A stretch of 63,959 nt of DNA, filler included, from Theionarchaea archaeon (GCA_018992565.1; 6 parts of 6 records of this genome joined end to end with filler, not necessarily neighbours in it); one strand, 5' to 3'; positions 1 through 11,104 are shown, counted from the whole stretch's first letter. Translations and numbers: made by a program. The notes: generated by a model from the sequence alone, not told the origin.

Positions 1-416
1 GGGTTGGTGTCATCAAATCGCAGAATGACAGTGCCATTATACCTCCTGGCATAGTAGTAGTTGAAGTAGAAAGACAGCCCGTGCCCAATGTGGGGCAACC
101 CGTTGGGTTCTGGAGGTAACCTGGTCACGACGTAATCTACATCGGGCAAAGGAGGCAGTTCCCTCTTTTCCTTGACCTCTTTTTCCTGAAAATACTCTGG
201 ATATATCTTGTTTAATTCCGCCTCTTGTTGCTGTTTATTCAACTGGTTAATCTTGGAGACTTCTTCCTGTATTAATTGCACGGTCTTTTTGGGATCTTTT
301 CGAAGTTCTTCACTCTCGCCCATGACTTTCCCCATGACAGCTTTGACAGATGCTGTTCCCTGGTATTCTAAAGCATTCATTAAGGTATATTTCCTGATAA
401 TGGTAAGGGGTTCCAT
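1..416 (-). CDS. gltX: Glutamyl-tRNA synthetase, N-terminal part (runs off window start)
   Basis: Manual translation: [20 protein letters not shown]...[16 protein letters not shown]...LRFDDTNP, with HIGH motif and archaeal N-terminal extension; absent from ORF track. Confidence 0.93.
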   Translation of the reverse strand, partial: MEPLTIIRKYTLMNALEYQGTASVKAVMGKVMGESEELRKDPKKTVQLIQEEVSKINQLNKQQQEAELNKIYPEYFQEKEVKEKRELPPLPDVDYVVTRLPPEPNGLPHIGHGLSFYFNYYYARRYNGTVILRFDDTN

Positions 417-625
417 GAGAATTCTTCTAAGTAAATCTTAAATATGTTACTGTAGGTGCAAATTCAGATGTACCACAAAGAGCTTCAGAGCGCATCCAGG
501 TTTGATAGGGGGCTTCCAGAATTCCAGCAGTACGTGAAGCCTCTAGGAGTCAGATTCAATTAAGTGAAATCATCACACCCATCTGTGACAAGAACATGAT
601 TCTGAAATCCGAGAGAAGTCAGAAG

Positions 626-1216
626 TCAATCCAGGGCACAACTCTCTAGAAAAGCCAAATCCATCCTGACTCTATCGGATGCCACATCACACAGTTTCTT
701 GCTACCATATATTTTCTGTTCTCGATCAGAAACATAGTAGACGACTACATTACAGAGTTCTTCTTGTGCCATTTCAACGGCAGCAGTCAGATCTTCATCT
801 CCACATACCAATACGAACTTGTCCGCAACTTTTTTCCTAGCCATCTTGACCAAGTCTAGTGCCAGACCAACATCGACACCTTTCTGTTCAGGTTTCAGGA
901 ATTCTTTCTTGCAGTGTGGGCATTCACAGGGTTTCGCTTTCACTCTGCCAACATTAAAGAACTCATGATTTCTGAATCTATTGATCGTGTAGAAAAATCG
1001 TTGGGCTCCTTTGTAGTTTTCTTTTTCTTTTTGCGTAGGATTGTCGCCTTGGTAAGGGTAGGCATTGTAGAACTTCGTCCTCAAGTGTATGTCGCTGCCA
1101 ACTATTTTTCCAGATAGCTTTTCTAAGCTCAATTTCTTACCTGTTCTATTTCTAAGATAGTAATTCAGATTATCAAAATATCCTCCATCTACAAGGATAA
1201 CTACCTTTGATGTCAT
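626..1216 (-). CDS. NYN-domain (LabA/DUF88, PIN-like) putative ribonuclease
   Basis: ILVDGGY, EQKGVDVGLALD, GDED acidic motifs; CPHC Zn-knuckle insert; GGAGGG RBS upstream of ATG 1216. Confidence 0.88.
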   Translation of the reverse strand: MTSKVVILVDGGYFDNLNYYLRNRTGKKLSLEKLSGKIVGSDIHLRTKFYNAYPYQGDNPTQKEKENYKGAQRFFYTINRFRNHEFFNVGRVKAKPCECPHCKKEFLKPEQKGVDVGLALDLVKMARKKVADKFVLVCGDEDLTAAVEMAQEELCNVVVYYVSDREQKIYGSKKLCDVASDRVRMDLAFLESCALD

Positions 1217-1240
1217 GACAAATCTCCCTCCATAGACATA

Positions 1241-1302
1241 CCACCGTTCTTTTGGAACGGTGGGTAACAAACCACACTCGCTAATATTGGGTTAACGAGT
1301 GT
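1241..1302 (-). promoter_or_regulatory. Two adjacent RNA hairpins in the 5' leader of the NYN gene
   Basis: Perfect 9-bp stem 1241-1249/1255-1263; 11-bp stem 1274-1284/1292-1302 with one G-U pair that only forms on the minus strand; TATA-like TTATAAA near 1335-1341. Confidence 0.5.
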
Positions 1303-1802
1303 CAACAATACATACTCAAAACGGCAATACAGTCTTTATAAGGTTTTCGGTTCAGAGTCAAGTTTAGGTCTAGGTTCAGAAAAAGGAAATCATCCTTCTA
1401 TTATTCTGAGTCTTACAAGACACATCCGGCTTCGAGTAGTGTCCACCTTTCTTGTAACCTGATGAAGTCACTTTGCCGGTGATCTGGCGAATTCTGATAG
1501 AAGTTCCTCCTCTTGTTGTTGACCTAGAACGATGATTGACAGATTGAGGCGAAGTATTTCCCTTCATCATGTGGAAATCCTTCACTATCAAGAACATTTT
1601 TGATCTCTTTTATCAAATTATGTCATTGATGCCTCTTTCGAAGGGCACAGAATCAAATCCTGTAGGTGTGCTTCAATTCCAGATATTTGTTTAAGGTCGA
1701 AANNNNNNNNNNNNNNNNNNNNNNNNNNNNNNNNNNNNNNNNNNNNNNNNNNNNNNNNNNNNNNNNNNNNNNNNNNNNNNNNNNNNNNNNNNNNNNNNNN
1801 NN

Positions 1803-2716
1803 TCAGATTCGAAGGAATCTCCCTGGAGATTGTACAGTGATTTCAGAATAGTGGGGAAGTGGATTCGTCGTCCCTGGGGAGGAATGTATTCCTTTATCTC
1901 TGAAGAGAAGGTACATAACCCCACCCATTCCCCCAGCTGCAAAGCAACAAAAGAAACCAGCAGGGCAGAATTCACTGCATGCTCCAGTTTTGTCAGATCG
2001 CCCACATTGATCCCCATGATTCTCCCTGTATCCAGCATCAGCACTAATCTCTTGGTTCTTTCTACCTGGTACACTCTGGAAACAGGTTTTCCTTTCTTGG
2101 ATGTTGCTTTCCAGTCTATGGCCCTGTACTCGTCATCCACCTGGTAGTCTCTGAGCATCTCGAATTCTGTCCCCTGTCCATAGATCTTGGCGGGTTTGAT
2201 CCCGGCCAGGTTCAGCATCTGTTTTCTGGACAGAAGATCATACTTTTTCACAGTCTGGACATTGGGATACACCCTGGCATTTTCCTTCATTGGTATACTC
2301 TCGTCAAAAAGCCACAGGCCCAGTCTGCTTCTTCTCCGGACAAAGCAGGTTCCAAACACGTACTCCCCCCGCTCATAGGGGGTGACCCTGTATCTGAGAG
2401 TCCGGGATTCAAAAGGGGGGATCCTGGCTGTGACGTCAGGATGATCACTGGTAAATCCGCAGGGGTACTCATCCTTAATAGTGAGAGTGAGGGGAGCTGA
2501 TGAAGTATTCTCAACATCTAAGGAGACAGGGTTCTCAACCCCGATGGAAAGGACAGGATCGAACCTTCGCTTCACCACAAAGGGCTGTCGATGTGAAATC
2601 AGAAAATCTGCAATAATCACTGCAAGGACTGCAGCATTATAGTAGAGTGCCCCTCCCAGTACTGATATACAGCAACCGAAAGCAAACAGGATCACACATC
2701 TGAAAGAAGGAACCAC
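1803..2716 (-). CDS. DUF58 / vWA-like MoxR-associated protein (3' end lost in gap)
   Basis: GTEFEMLRDYQVDDEYRAIDWKATSK and LMLDTGRIM motifs; directly follows MoxR. Confidence 0.88.
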
Positions 2717-3666
2717 TACCGGGGCACCTCCACCTTCTCCAGGCACTCTGCAATAACTCCATCTGCTGTCAACCCTTCAATTTCTGCTTCAGGTTTCAGG
2801 ATGATACGGTGGCGCATCACAGGGAAGGCCATCTGCTTCACCGTGTCAGGAGTAACAAACTGTTCATCCTGCATGGCTGCAAAACTCTTTGATGTCTGGA
2901 ACAGCACCACGGATGCTCTGGGGCTGGCACCCAGGATAACGTGAGGTGATTCTCTGGTGGCTCTGACAATCCTGGTAATGTACTCCATGACCTCAGGCTG
3001 GATTCTCACCTGGAAGATCTCTTTCCGTAAAGCTGCAATCTGTTCCGGGGTTAAAGTGTAATCAATATTGACTGTTTCCAGGTTGTGATAGTCAAACCCT
3101 CTCTGATAGAGCTGCAGTATGTCAACTTCTTCTTCAAGGTCAGGATAGGGGACTATCAGTTTCATCATGAAGCGGTCCAGCTGGGCCTCGGGCAGGGGAT
3201 ACGTCCCCTCATACTCTACAGGGTTCTGGGTAGCGCACACCATGAACTCGCAGAGAGGATGAGTCACGCCATCAATGGTCACCTGCCGTTCTTCCATAGC
3301 TTCCAGCAGGGCAGCCTGGGTTTTTGGAGGGGCCCTGTTGATCTCATCTGCAAGAAGCAAGTTGGTGAAGATGGGCCCTTTCTTCAGGTGGAAGGTCCCC
3401 GTGTCAAGATCGAAGACATTGGTTCCAATAATATCTGAAGGCATCAAGTCTGGCGTGAATTGAATTCTGCAGAAATCAAGACTCAATATCCGGGACAGAA
3501 CCCTCACCATCAGTGTCTTGGCCGTCCCTGGCACTCCTTCCAGGAGACAGTGTCCCGAAGAAAAGAAGGAAACCAGCAGCAATTCCAGAAGCGAATCATA
3601 TCCCACAATGACTTTATGAAGTTCCTTTTTCATCTGGGTTACCACATCATTAAACACTTTTTTCAC
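2716..3666 (-). CDS. moxR: MoxR family AAA+ ATPase
   Basis: EGVPGTAKT Walker [47 protein letters not shown]. Confidence 0.95.
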   Translation of the reverse strand: MKKVFNDVVTQMKKELHKVIVGYDSLLELLLVSFFSSGHCLLEGVPGTAKTLMVRVLSRILSLDFCRIQFTPDLMPSDIIGTNVFDLDTGTFHLKKGPIFTNLLLADEINRAPPKTQAALLEAMEERQVTIDGVTHPLCEFMVCATQNPVEYEGTYPLPEAQLDRFMMKLIVPYPDLEEEVDILQLYQRGFDYHNLETVNIDYTLTPEQIAALRKEIFQVRIQPEVMEYITRIVRATRESPHVILGASPRASVVLFQTSKSFAAMQDEQFVTPDTVKQMAFPVMRHRIILKPEAEIEGLTADGVIAECLEKVEVPR

Positions 3667-3669
3667 CTC

Positions 3670-4602
3670 TCACGGCTTCGTAGTGACGTTCTTATACCTA
3701 TGGATTGGTGGGTGCTGACCCTCAATCAGGTCCAGAATCTCCTCCTTCTGTGCCCTGTAATACAGCTCTGCTGCAGAGATCACCAGCTGTGAAGATTGAA
3801 CGCCCCTGGAAGGGCGCGGTCTCGGGTTCCCGAACCGTTTGCCGTAGCTCACCATAAATACAGTTATCACAATGATCAGCTGGATAAAAAAAGAGCTGTA
3901 CCTGGAAGTAAATGCAGTCTTGAGCTTGCTGAGCGTTATCCCCCGCGACTGGTTCACCCGATATAGATGGTACTCGTCAAAATAGACCTTCTGAGAAAGG
4001 GATAGCCGGACCAGGAATATTTCATTATCAGAATGGTTGATGAAGATGTTTTCAACCAGTGAGGTAGCAGTGATGACAACAATTTCTCCCAGCCCGTAGG
4101 GCAGTTCTGCTGCCAGGATGTTGTCATTATCTGCCAGGATGACAGTGGCACCTTCTGCCTTGATGGACTCCCGATAATTCACCCAGAGTGAGCCGACATC
4201 TCTGGTTGACCAGTGATCTCTGGGTCTTATTGAAGATACCCTGCCCTGAGTTGGGGAGATGTCCATCCCGACATCTCGTACGATGTCAGGGGACTCGCTG
4301 AATATGACCAGCCTGTTCCCTTCTTTCACCCAGGTGAGCACATATTCCTTTTCTTCAGGAGCCAGCGGCCGAACAGGATAGATGAGAAGAAGAGTGCCAG
4401 GTTCTAACCTTTCAATCGTGGTTTCAGTCCGTTCCACTTCTGTGTATCGTTCCATGAGCAGGTAAAAGGCCAGAGTTCCCATCTCACCAGGATCTCTTGA
4501 AGAGTGCGTGCTGGCAGGATTGGAGGATCGTTCTGCAATGGTGGCCACTGATACGACACCCACTACAAAGACAAGGAGTGTCAGGACCTGTGCCCACTTC
4601 AT
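3670..4602 (-). CDS. DUF4350-like membrane-anchored protein
   Basis: N-terminal TM, GxMGTLAFYLL, VYFDEYH, C-terminal TM then GKRFG; position in MoxR cluster. Confidence 0.75.
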   Translation of the reverse strand: MKWAQVLTLLVFVVGVVSVATIAERSSNPASTHSSRDPGEMGTLAFYLLMERYTEVERTETTIERLEPGTLLLIYPVRPLAPEEKEYVLTWVKEGNRLVIFSESPDIVRDVGMDISPTQGRVSSIRPRDHWSTRDVGSLWVNYRESIKAEGATVILADNDNILAAELPYGLGEIVVITATSLVENIFINHSDNEIFLVRLSLSQKVYFDEYHLYRVNQSRGITLSKLKTAFTSRYSSFFIQLIIVITVFMVSYGKRFGNPRPRPSRGVQSSQLVISAAELYYRAQKEEILDLIEGQHPPIHRYKNVTTKP

Positions 4603-5159
4603 GACAGTGCCTCCTGAATGTGAGTGAAGGCTTCCACACACTGTGAGAAGTCATTTCCAGTTGCTGGGGTACCGCCGTAGAACACAGTGTCAAAGATATG
4701 GGTTATCCTTTCAAACAGGTCGCTGAATGTATGAGGACGGACCTTCTGCCTGTATTCGTAGTTGGTGAGAGAAGGATGGTACGAAATGACGTCCCTGCTA
4801 TCCAGGAATACAAGGAGTGCCATATACAGAATGCGCACTGCTTCTGCATACTCCTTCTTAGACCCCAGGGTTACCGCTCTCTTGTACAGCCCGTAGTAGT
4901 CCTTCTTTTTTACCAGGATATCTTCTTTTTTCTTCCGGGGAAGGATTATCTTTCCTGATGGCCGGGAAATCCAGGTTGTCACAAAATATATCAGGAGCAG
5001 GGACAGGACGAGAGCGACAATGATCAGCAGTGCTCTGGCAACGGGGAAGGAAAAGAAGGGTGGGTCTTCTGACGTCAGGTACCCGAGCTCTCTCAGAATC
5101 TCCTCCAGATCCTTCTCGATTTCTTCCGGGGTAGGACTACACCATACTTCCATGTACAT
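4599..5159 (-). CDS. DUF4129-like membrane protein
   Basis: TM helix, AVRILY...TNYEY...FDTVFYGG pattern. Confidence 0.75.
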   Translation of the reverse strand: MYMEVWCSPTPEEIEKDLEEILRELGYLTSEDPPFFSFPVARALLIIVALVLSLLLIYFVTTWISRPSGKIILPRKKKEDILVKKKDYYGLYKRAVTLGSKKEYAEAVRILYMALLVFLDSRDVISYHPSLTNYEYRQKVRPHTFSDLFERITHIFDTVFYGGTPATGNDFSQCVEAFTHIQEALS

Positions 5160-5190
5160 CCTCTTCTCTTATCAGTTGATATCCTGTAGG

Positions 5191-6141
5191 TTACAGCACA
5201 GGTTGTGATAGTTGCTGTGTTCTCATCTCCAGATCATACCCCTCTTTTCTCGTCCGCAGGTCAAAGTAGATCAACACTCGAGCACAGTCTGCCATGGGAA
5301 TGAGTAGTCCCTGGGCTACAAGGCCCAGTGCAATGGTCATGACAACCAGAGATCCTTTCATCAAAAACTCCGCGAAGAACGATGTGAGCTGAATGACACT
5401 GGGAATCAGAAAAATGATTATCAAGGCTGCATATATTCTGAAGGTATGCCCTTTTACCATGTTCCAGCTGCGGGTCATTGCTTCAACTATGAAAATCTTT
5501 TCATTGACCATGATGGGATAGGTCGCTGACAGACGAACCCACGCAAATCCCCCAATAAAAGCACCTATTCCTATTGATACTACAATCACGATGACTCCCA
5601 CTATCAGTTCACCTGCGCTGCCTGTAGAAAGTGTGAATGCCACTACAGCGATGGCTGCAGTAACGGGGATTATCATGGCAAGAAGCAGGGCTATCGTTAG
5701 GGCTATGGTGATAAAAACATTGGTTACTCCCAGCCTGAACCAATTCCTCAGGGAGAACCTGTATGCATTTTTCACATCTGCCGTGCCCTCCAGGACGCTG
5801 TCGGAAGCGACTTTGGTGACTGCAGAGAGGGTTACCGGGTATATTATAGCTATCTGAAGAAACGAGAGAAGGATGATAATTGTAGAATACCAGGGAGATG
5901 GGGTCGGAGCGAACTGCTGCTGGACTTGGTAGGCAAAGGGGTCAGTGAACATCTGATACAGCTCCGTAATGCTGTCCTGTCCACCACTTGCAGAGTAGCT
6001 GTAAGCATTCTGCAACAGATAAAACACTGCTAGGGGAAGCTGAGCTGTCACCAGCAGGAGAAAATTCTTTTTATACAGTCTAACAGTGGAATCCAGGAGC
6101 TCACCCAGCCCCATGGGTCGTAAAAACTGATTGCGGTCCAT
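5191..6141 (-). CDS. Polytopic membrane protein (GDPD membrane-domain-like)
   Basis: LRPMGLGELLD start, multiple TMs, YFDLRTRKEGYDL end typical of MoxR clusters. Confidence 0.75.
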   Translation of the reverse strand: MDRNQFLRPMGLGELLDSTVRLYKKNFLLLVTAQLPLAVFYLLQNAYSYSASGGQDSITELYQMFTDPFAYQVQQQFAPTPSPWYSTIIILLSFLQIAIIYPVTLSAVTKVASDSVLEGTADVKNAYRFSLRNWFRLGVTNVFITIALTIALLLAMIIPVTAAIAVVAFTLSTGSAGELIVGVIVIVVSIGIGAFIGGFAWVRLSATYPIMVNEKIFIVEAMTRSWNMVKGHTFRIYAALIIIFLIPSVIQLTSFFAEFLMKGSLVVMTIALGLVAQGLLIPMADCARVLIYFDLRTRKEGYDLEMRTQQLSQPVL

Positions 6142-6170
6142 AAAGTAAGAACCCTTTGAACCATTTAAAC

Positions 6171-6914
6171 TTATGGTTTGTGCCTGTAGTACTTGATGCA
6201 GCTCTTGAGAAAGAGTATGCAGTTCTCTATTCCTCTGGGAGGCTCTATGTGAAGCTTCTCTGCAATTCCGGAGGTAATCTTCGTTGCAATTTCATATGCC
6301 TTGGAAAAGGGGATCTTCTCATATCGAAAAAGAAAGTCTCTCATCAGTTGATATTCTTCGGAGGTGATCTGGTTGAGATACGGGCTCCTGCTGACTGTGT
6401 CGTCATATGATGACTCTCCAAGCTCAAGCTTGTCCAGGCCAACTGCCCTCGTTCTCACAACAATGGTACCTGCTGCATAGTCTCCCAGTCTTTTGGACTT
6501 TGCGTTGAGCATCATGACCACAAATCCTACGAGACATGTACCTGGCCATAAGTCAATATACCGGACAAAATTGCGGGTGAGAGAATCCACAAGGTCTATG
6601 GGAGTGGCATCTTCCTTGATTACTCGCAGCCCTATCATCCTCTTTCCAATAGAGCTGCCATTCAGTGCCAGCTCACTGATGACGAAGTAGCCCCAGGTCA
6701 ACGTTCCAACCACCACATAGATGAGTGCTATAGCGTAGGAAGAGAAGCTTGTGAACCCGAATTGTCTGAGCAAATCCACCGTCACAATCAACCCCATGGA
6801 GGCCAGCAGGATGATGCTATAGTCAACGAGAAAGGCCACACATCGAGAACCTGCCGTGGCAATATCGTAGTACACGGGGACATTCTCTGATGTGGACAGT
6901 GTGAAGTCTTCCAT
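6171..6914 (-). CDS. RDD family membrane protein
   Basis: AGSRCVAFLVD, GSSIGKRMIGLRVI, KRLGDYAAGTIVV. Confidence 0.88.
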   Translation of the reverse strand: MEDFTLSTSENVPVYYDIATAGSRCVAFLVDYSIILLASMGLIVTVDLLRQFGFTSFSSYAIALIYVVVGTLTWGYFVISELALNGSSIGKRMIGLRVIKEDATPIDLVDSLTRNFVRYIDLWPGTCLVGFVVMMLNAKSKRLGDYAAGTIVVRTRAVGLDKLELGESSYDDTVSRSPYLNQITSEEYQLMRDFLFRYEKIPFSKAYEIATKITSGIAEKLHIEPPRGIENCILFLKSCIKYYRHKP

Positions 6915-7022
6915 GAACCTGTTATGGTGTTCAGTTGAAAAAGGTTTTCCTGGCTGTGTGGGCTGGTCCGAATTGTGCATTGTGCAAAAGATACTTATAG
7001 GATTCAGTTGTTTTGCTCTACC

Positions 7023-7184
7023 ATGAACATACAAATAGTCTGGGGTACAGGGAAGGGGACAACTCCCCTGAGCAGTTTTGACCTGGCACTGGCTGAGGCA
7101 GGTATCAGCAACTTTAACCTGATCCCTCTCACCTCTGTGATTCCCAGAGGGGCTACAGTTGAGAAGACTCATGAGTATGTCAAC
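7023..7184 (+). CDS. pdaD: Pyruvoyl-dependent arginine decarboxylase, 5' fragment
   Basis: GTGKGTTPLSSFDLALAEAGISNFNLIPLTSVIP; cut by contig end. Confidence 0.85.
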
Positions 7185-7284
7185 NNNNNNNNNNNNNNNN
7201 NNNNNNNNNNNNNNNNNNNNNNNNNNNNTTAATTAATTAANNNNNNNNNNNNNNNNNNNNNNNNNNNNNNNNNNNNNNNNNNNN
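7185..7284. other. Artificial contig linker (also at 37041-37140, 44284-44383, 51462-51561, 58617-58716)
   Basis: Identical TTAATTAATTAA (stops in all six frames) embedded in N runs. Confidence 0.97.
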
Positions 7285-7345
7285 GGTCCTTTCATCACAG
7301 AACCACGCTACCCACGCACGGGGGAATCCCCAGAAGCAGGTGAAA

Positions 7346-8614
7346 TCAGTAGATTTCATCCTGCTCTTCAATCATGTTTCCAAAGGAAAGGATTTTGAGG
7401 TCAACAGGTTTCTTGACGATATTGCCTATTTTTATCCCCACCAGACGTTCAATCCCTCGTTCTGCAGCAACATCCACGAGCCTCTGAGTAACCACTCCAT
7501 CAAACACCACTATCCTGACATCATCAGTTAGAGATATAGCATCGACCAGGTCTCTTACAGAGACCTTGATCTTTGGAGCATACTTCGCATCCAGGAGGTA
7601 GGCGTCCAGGGTCCCCGGCAGTTTGTCAATGAATTCTTTGAGCCCTTCAAGGCCTTCCGGCTGATTGGGAGGGGGTGGTTCCTCTTTCACTTCTTCTTTC
7701 TGGGATTCTTCTTTCAACTGCTTTTCGAACAGCTCCGTCATGGCCTGCTCTACCGGGATTTTGTTCCTCAGTGCTTTGATAGTCTCTTTCTTGGTCAGGT
7801 CTTCAACCTCTTTACCAGTGGGAGCTCTCGCCACGTAGTCAACTTCGGCAACCTGCATCAGCTCCTTGAAGATCAACTCACCACCTCGATCCCCATCCAC
7901 GAAGCAGGTGACTGTCTTCTCTTTTGAAAGATCAATAATTGTCTTGGGGATGCTGGTGCCTTCCACTGCCACAGCATTTCTAATACCATACCTCAACATA
8001 TTCAGAACATCTGCCCTTCCTTCAACCACAATAATTGCATCAGAATCATCAATGTTAGGCCCTGCTGGTAGGTTGTCCTTGCCGTATTTCGTAATCTCCT
8101 TTATTCGAATTGACTCCTTCACCTCTTCAGTGATCTCCTGAGATTCAGGCAGGACATCAGTAAACATGGACTTGACCAACTGTTTGGCTCTATCAACAAC
8201 ATAGTTTCTCTTAAGGGTCCGGACATCCTCAATCTTGGTGACAGTGATTTTAGCCTCGCAGGGGCCCACCCTGTCAATGGTCTCCAGTGAAGCTCCAAGA
8301 ACTGCAGTCTCGATCTTATCCAGGCTGGATGGAATTGTTATAGAACCCCGGGAACGACCATTACGGGAGTTGACTGTTACACTGATTCTTCCGATTCTCC
8401 CTGTTCTTTGCAGTTCACGCAAATCCAGATCATCTCCCAGCAGCCCTTCTGTCTGCCCAAAAATGGCACCCACCACGTCTGGACGTTCAACAACACCATT
8501 TGCGTCAATTTGTGAGAAAATCAGGTACTTTGTGGTTCCAATATCTGTTCTGGTTCGTTCACCCCCTGCCTTCTTCCGAATAATCTCTCCAATTACAGTT
8601 TTTTGTCTTTTCAT
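7346..8614 (-). CDS. dnaG: Archaeal DnaG-type primase / exosome-associated protein
   Basis: [51 protein letters not shown]...DGDRGG. Confidence 0.96.
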   Translation of the reverse strand: MKRQKTVIGEIIRKKAGGERTRTDIGTTKYLIFSQIDANGVVERPDVVGAIFGQTEGLLGDDLDLRELQRTGRIGRISVTVNSRNGRSRGSITIPSSLDKIETAVLGASLETIDRVGPCEAKITVTKIEDVRTLKRNYVVDRAKQLVKSMFTDVLPESQEITEEVKESIRIKEITKYGKDNLPAGPNIDDSDAIIVVEGRADVLNMLRYGIRNAVAVEGTSIPKTIIDLSKEKTVTCFVDGDRGGELIFKELMQVAEVDYVARAPTGKEVEDLTKKETIKALRNKIPVEQAMTELFEKQLKEESQKEEVKEEPPPPNQPEGLEGLKEFIDKLPGTLDAYLLDAKYAPKIKVSVRDLVDAISLTDDVRIVVFDGVVTQRLVDVAAERGIERLVGIKIGNIVKKPVDLKILSFGNMIEEQDEIY

Positions 8615-8889
8615 AGGATCACCAAATAAGCCAGAACTAGCCTTCTTGCATGGATGAATGATGAACATGAATGTCTGGCTTTTCCAACACTACATCAAAA
8701 AGGGTGGTTTATCTATATAAAGTTTTGCTCTTTTCGATAGGCGGGAAAAGGCGAGGTCTTGCCACAGAGGATTAGTGAGAGAAGCAGGCACTGGCTAGTG
8801 AGAGTTGTCATTCTAACGACAACAAATAGGCCTGCTGGAAAAACCAAACAAAATCATGACAACAAAGGAAGAAAAAGAAGATGAATGAT

Positions 8890-10092
8890 CTATTGGATTT
8901 TAATACTGCCCATTTGAGTGCTGACTTCTATAGAGAGTTTCTCTATAGCTCCTTCCAGGTCAGCGCTCTTGACATGGATATGGTGTCTCCCTGTAGATAA
9001 AGAGGTTAGATCAGAGGCAACAGTGATGGCTCCCATCTGGGTTTCAGCCAGAATTTCATGTGGAATGTTCCTGTCTACATCAATGCTGATACTTCCCATT
9101 TCAGTGTGGGCTGTGTATGTCCCTGCACCTCTCGGGGAGATGTGGATGGATCCGTTTTCTGTTTCCAGAGTTGCTTTCTCAAAAGTCATCTTTCCTCGTA
9201 TTGATCCATTTTCTGTTGCAAGAGTGATGGTAGTCCCTTGTGCATTGAGCAATTCAACTCTCCCATTCTCAGTTGACAGATTCCCTGTCTCTACCTCACT
9301 GTCCTCCACCAGAATCCTTCCATTCTCTGTTACTGCATCCAGGTGAGTGGCTGTCACTCCCTCGCACCCAACCCGCCCGTTCTCTGTCTGCAGGCTGGCT
9401 TCTCCAACTGTGAGTCCTGTGACTGACGCATGTCCATTCTCGCTGCTCACAGTTAGGTCATACACCACAGGATGGGCTCTGGAAAGCATCCCCCCACCAG
9501 TACTGGCAGGCAGGTAGGCAGATATTGAAATGACAGCATTGGTTTCAGGGGCATGCAACTTCAATATGTCCTTCCCATTCTTCAAGTGTTCAAATGGCAC
9601 TACCACGTCTTCCAGTTTCTCTTCTGCCCGTTCCTTGGAGTAGGCGCGCACTTTTTTCGTGACCACGATCTTGTAGGTGTCATTGTCCCATTTTCTCAGA
9701 TCGATATGGCCATTTTCAGTGGAGAACTCTATACCCACCGTGTCTGATTCGAATTCACCTTCAAACACTTCTTCTGCAGAATGGTACACCCCCGATTCAA
9801 AAGAGTCAGGAAATTGCATCGTAATGTGATGAACTTTGTCCATGGCCTTGGATACAGCTGACTCCACCTGGGCAGTGATTCTCTCACCCAGGTCACCCAG
9901 CTCTTCCAAATCCAGTTCCAGCTCCTTCTTGTCTTCAAAGTACTGCTCCTCCAGTTCCTTCAGTTTCTCCTCATATTTCTGTTTCATTTCCTCGAATGTC
10001 TCCTGGGAGATTTCCTGTTTTTCTCGCATCTGCTCCAGATCACGAAGCATAGTTTCATAGCGGTCCATATCCAGTTTTCTCTTGATTCTCAT
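8890..10092 (-). CDS. DUF4097-like beta-strand repeat protein with N-terminal helical module
   Basis: Repeated TENG/TEMG/TQMG strands; charged helical N-terminus; AAGGTGA RBS. Confidence 0.8.
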   Translation of the reverse strand: MRIKRKLDMDRYETMLRDLEQMREKQEISQETFEEMKQKYEEKLKELEEQYFEDKKELELDLEELGDLGERITAQVESAVSKAMDKVHHITMQFPDSFESGVYHSAEEVFEGEFESDTVGIEFSTENGHIDLRKWDNDTYKIVVTKKVRAYSKERAEEKLEDVVVPFEHLKNGKDILKLHAPETNAVISISAYLPASTGGGMLSRAHPVVYDLTVSSENGHASVTGLTVGEASLQTENGRVGCEGVTATHLDAVTENGRILVEDSEVETGNLSTENGRVELLNAQGTTITLATENGSIRGKMTFEKATLETENGSIHISPRGAGTYTAHTEMGSISIDVDRNIPHEILAETQMGAITVASDLTSLSTGRHHIHVKSADLEGAIEKLSIEVSTQMGSIKIQ

Positions 10093-10308
10093 CAGGATCA
10101 CCTTCAGTTACCTTAATTCTTGTTAGAAAAAAGACATATATAAACTTTTTTGAAAGAAAAACGAAAATATTCCTTTAGAAATGAATAAAGATTTGCAATT
10201 TAGCTCTTTTGCGATTTCGCGGTTTTGCATACGAGTCCTTATCTCTGTAATTTCCCGCATTCAACCCAGCACCAAAGACACAAAACCATATATAGGTGGA
10301 TGAGGAGA

Positions 10309-10812
10309 ATGAGCATGCTGGAGATTTTCAAAGCCCTATCAAACCCCTATAGACTGCAGATTGTGGAACTATTGTATGAGCAGGAGCGGAGACCAGATGA
10401 GCTTGAAACCGAACTGGAGATGACCAGGGGAGGGTTGGAGCGCCACCTCAAACAGCTGGTGGACTGTGGGCTGGTGGAAAAGATCAGTTTTATTGAGACA
10501 GGAAGGGCAAAAGTCAAGTATGTGCTTTCTGGTGAAGCACGAGAATTTTATGAAAAAGCACGAACGTTGGTTGAAAAATTCCTGAGAGAGAAGAAGACGC
10601 CGCAGAGCAGGAAAGAGCAGCTTAGAATCTTGGAGACCAGATTGAATACATTATATGAATCTATAGAAGAGATAAATAGACTGCACAAAGACAGTCAAAT
10701 CACTGAGAAAGAGTACATCACAGTCAAAGAAGGGTACCTGAGAGAGTTAATAGAAATAGAAAAGGAGATGTCTCTCCTTCTGCAGTCAGTCAGTGGGGAT
10801 ACCCTCAGGTGA
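10309..10812 (+). CDS. ArsR-family winged-helix regulator with C-terminal helical module
   Basis: IFKALSNPYRLQIVELL...LERHLKQLVDCGLV. Confidence 0.85.
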   Translation: MSMLEIFKALSNPYRLQIVELLYEQERRPDELETELEMTRGGLERHLKQLVDCGLVEKISFIETGRAKVKYVLSGEAREFYEKARTLVEKFLREKKTPQSRKEQLRILETRLNTLYESIEEINRLHKDSQITEKEYITVKEGYLRELIEIEKEMSLLLQSVSGDTLR

Positions 10813-11104
10813 ATCCCAGTCTTCTCTTTGCTTCGTCTGACATTCTTTCAGGGGTCCAGGGAGGATCCCATACCACGTTGACATTAGCTGTTTCCACTCC
10901 GGCGAGAGACTGCAATTTCTGCTTGACATCCCGGGCAATCAGAGAATGCATTGGACATCCGCGAGCTGTCAACGTCATGTCCACAGTTACTGTCTTATCT
11001 TGAATTTCTACGTCATATATGAGTCCCAAATCCACTATATTCACGGGAATTTCAGGATCATAACATTGCTTGAGAGTATTCATGACCTCTTCTTGGGTAA
11101 CCAT
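10805..11104 (-). CDS. Metal-sulfur cluster assembly factor (DUF59/SufT-like)
   Basis: CYDPEIPVNIVDLGLIY, MTLTARGCP, VWDPPWTPERMS. Confidence 0.93.
   Translation of the reverse strand: MVTQEEVMNTLKQCYDPEIPVNIVDLGLIYDVEIQDKTVTVDMTLTARGCPMHSLIARDVKQKLQSLAGVETANVNVVWDPPWTPERMSDEAKRRLGFT

Noticed and set aside
208..441. Plus-strand ORF and the many other antisense ORFs in the track
   Set aside because: They lie opposite well-supported genes (here gltX) and have no recognisable motifs
7229..7240. Recurrent TTAATTAATTAA palindrome (five copies)
   Set aside because: Always embedded in N runs; an artificial six-frame-stop linker, so genes on either side are not known neighbours
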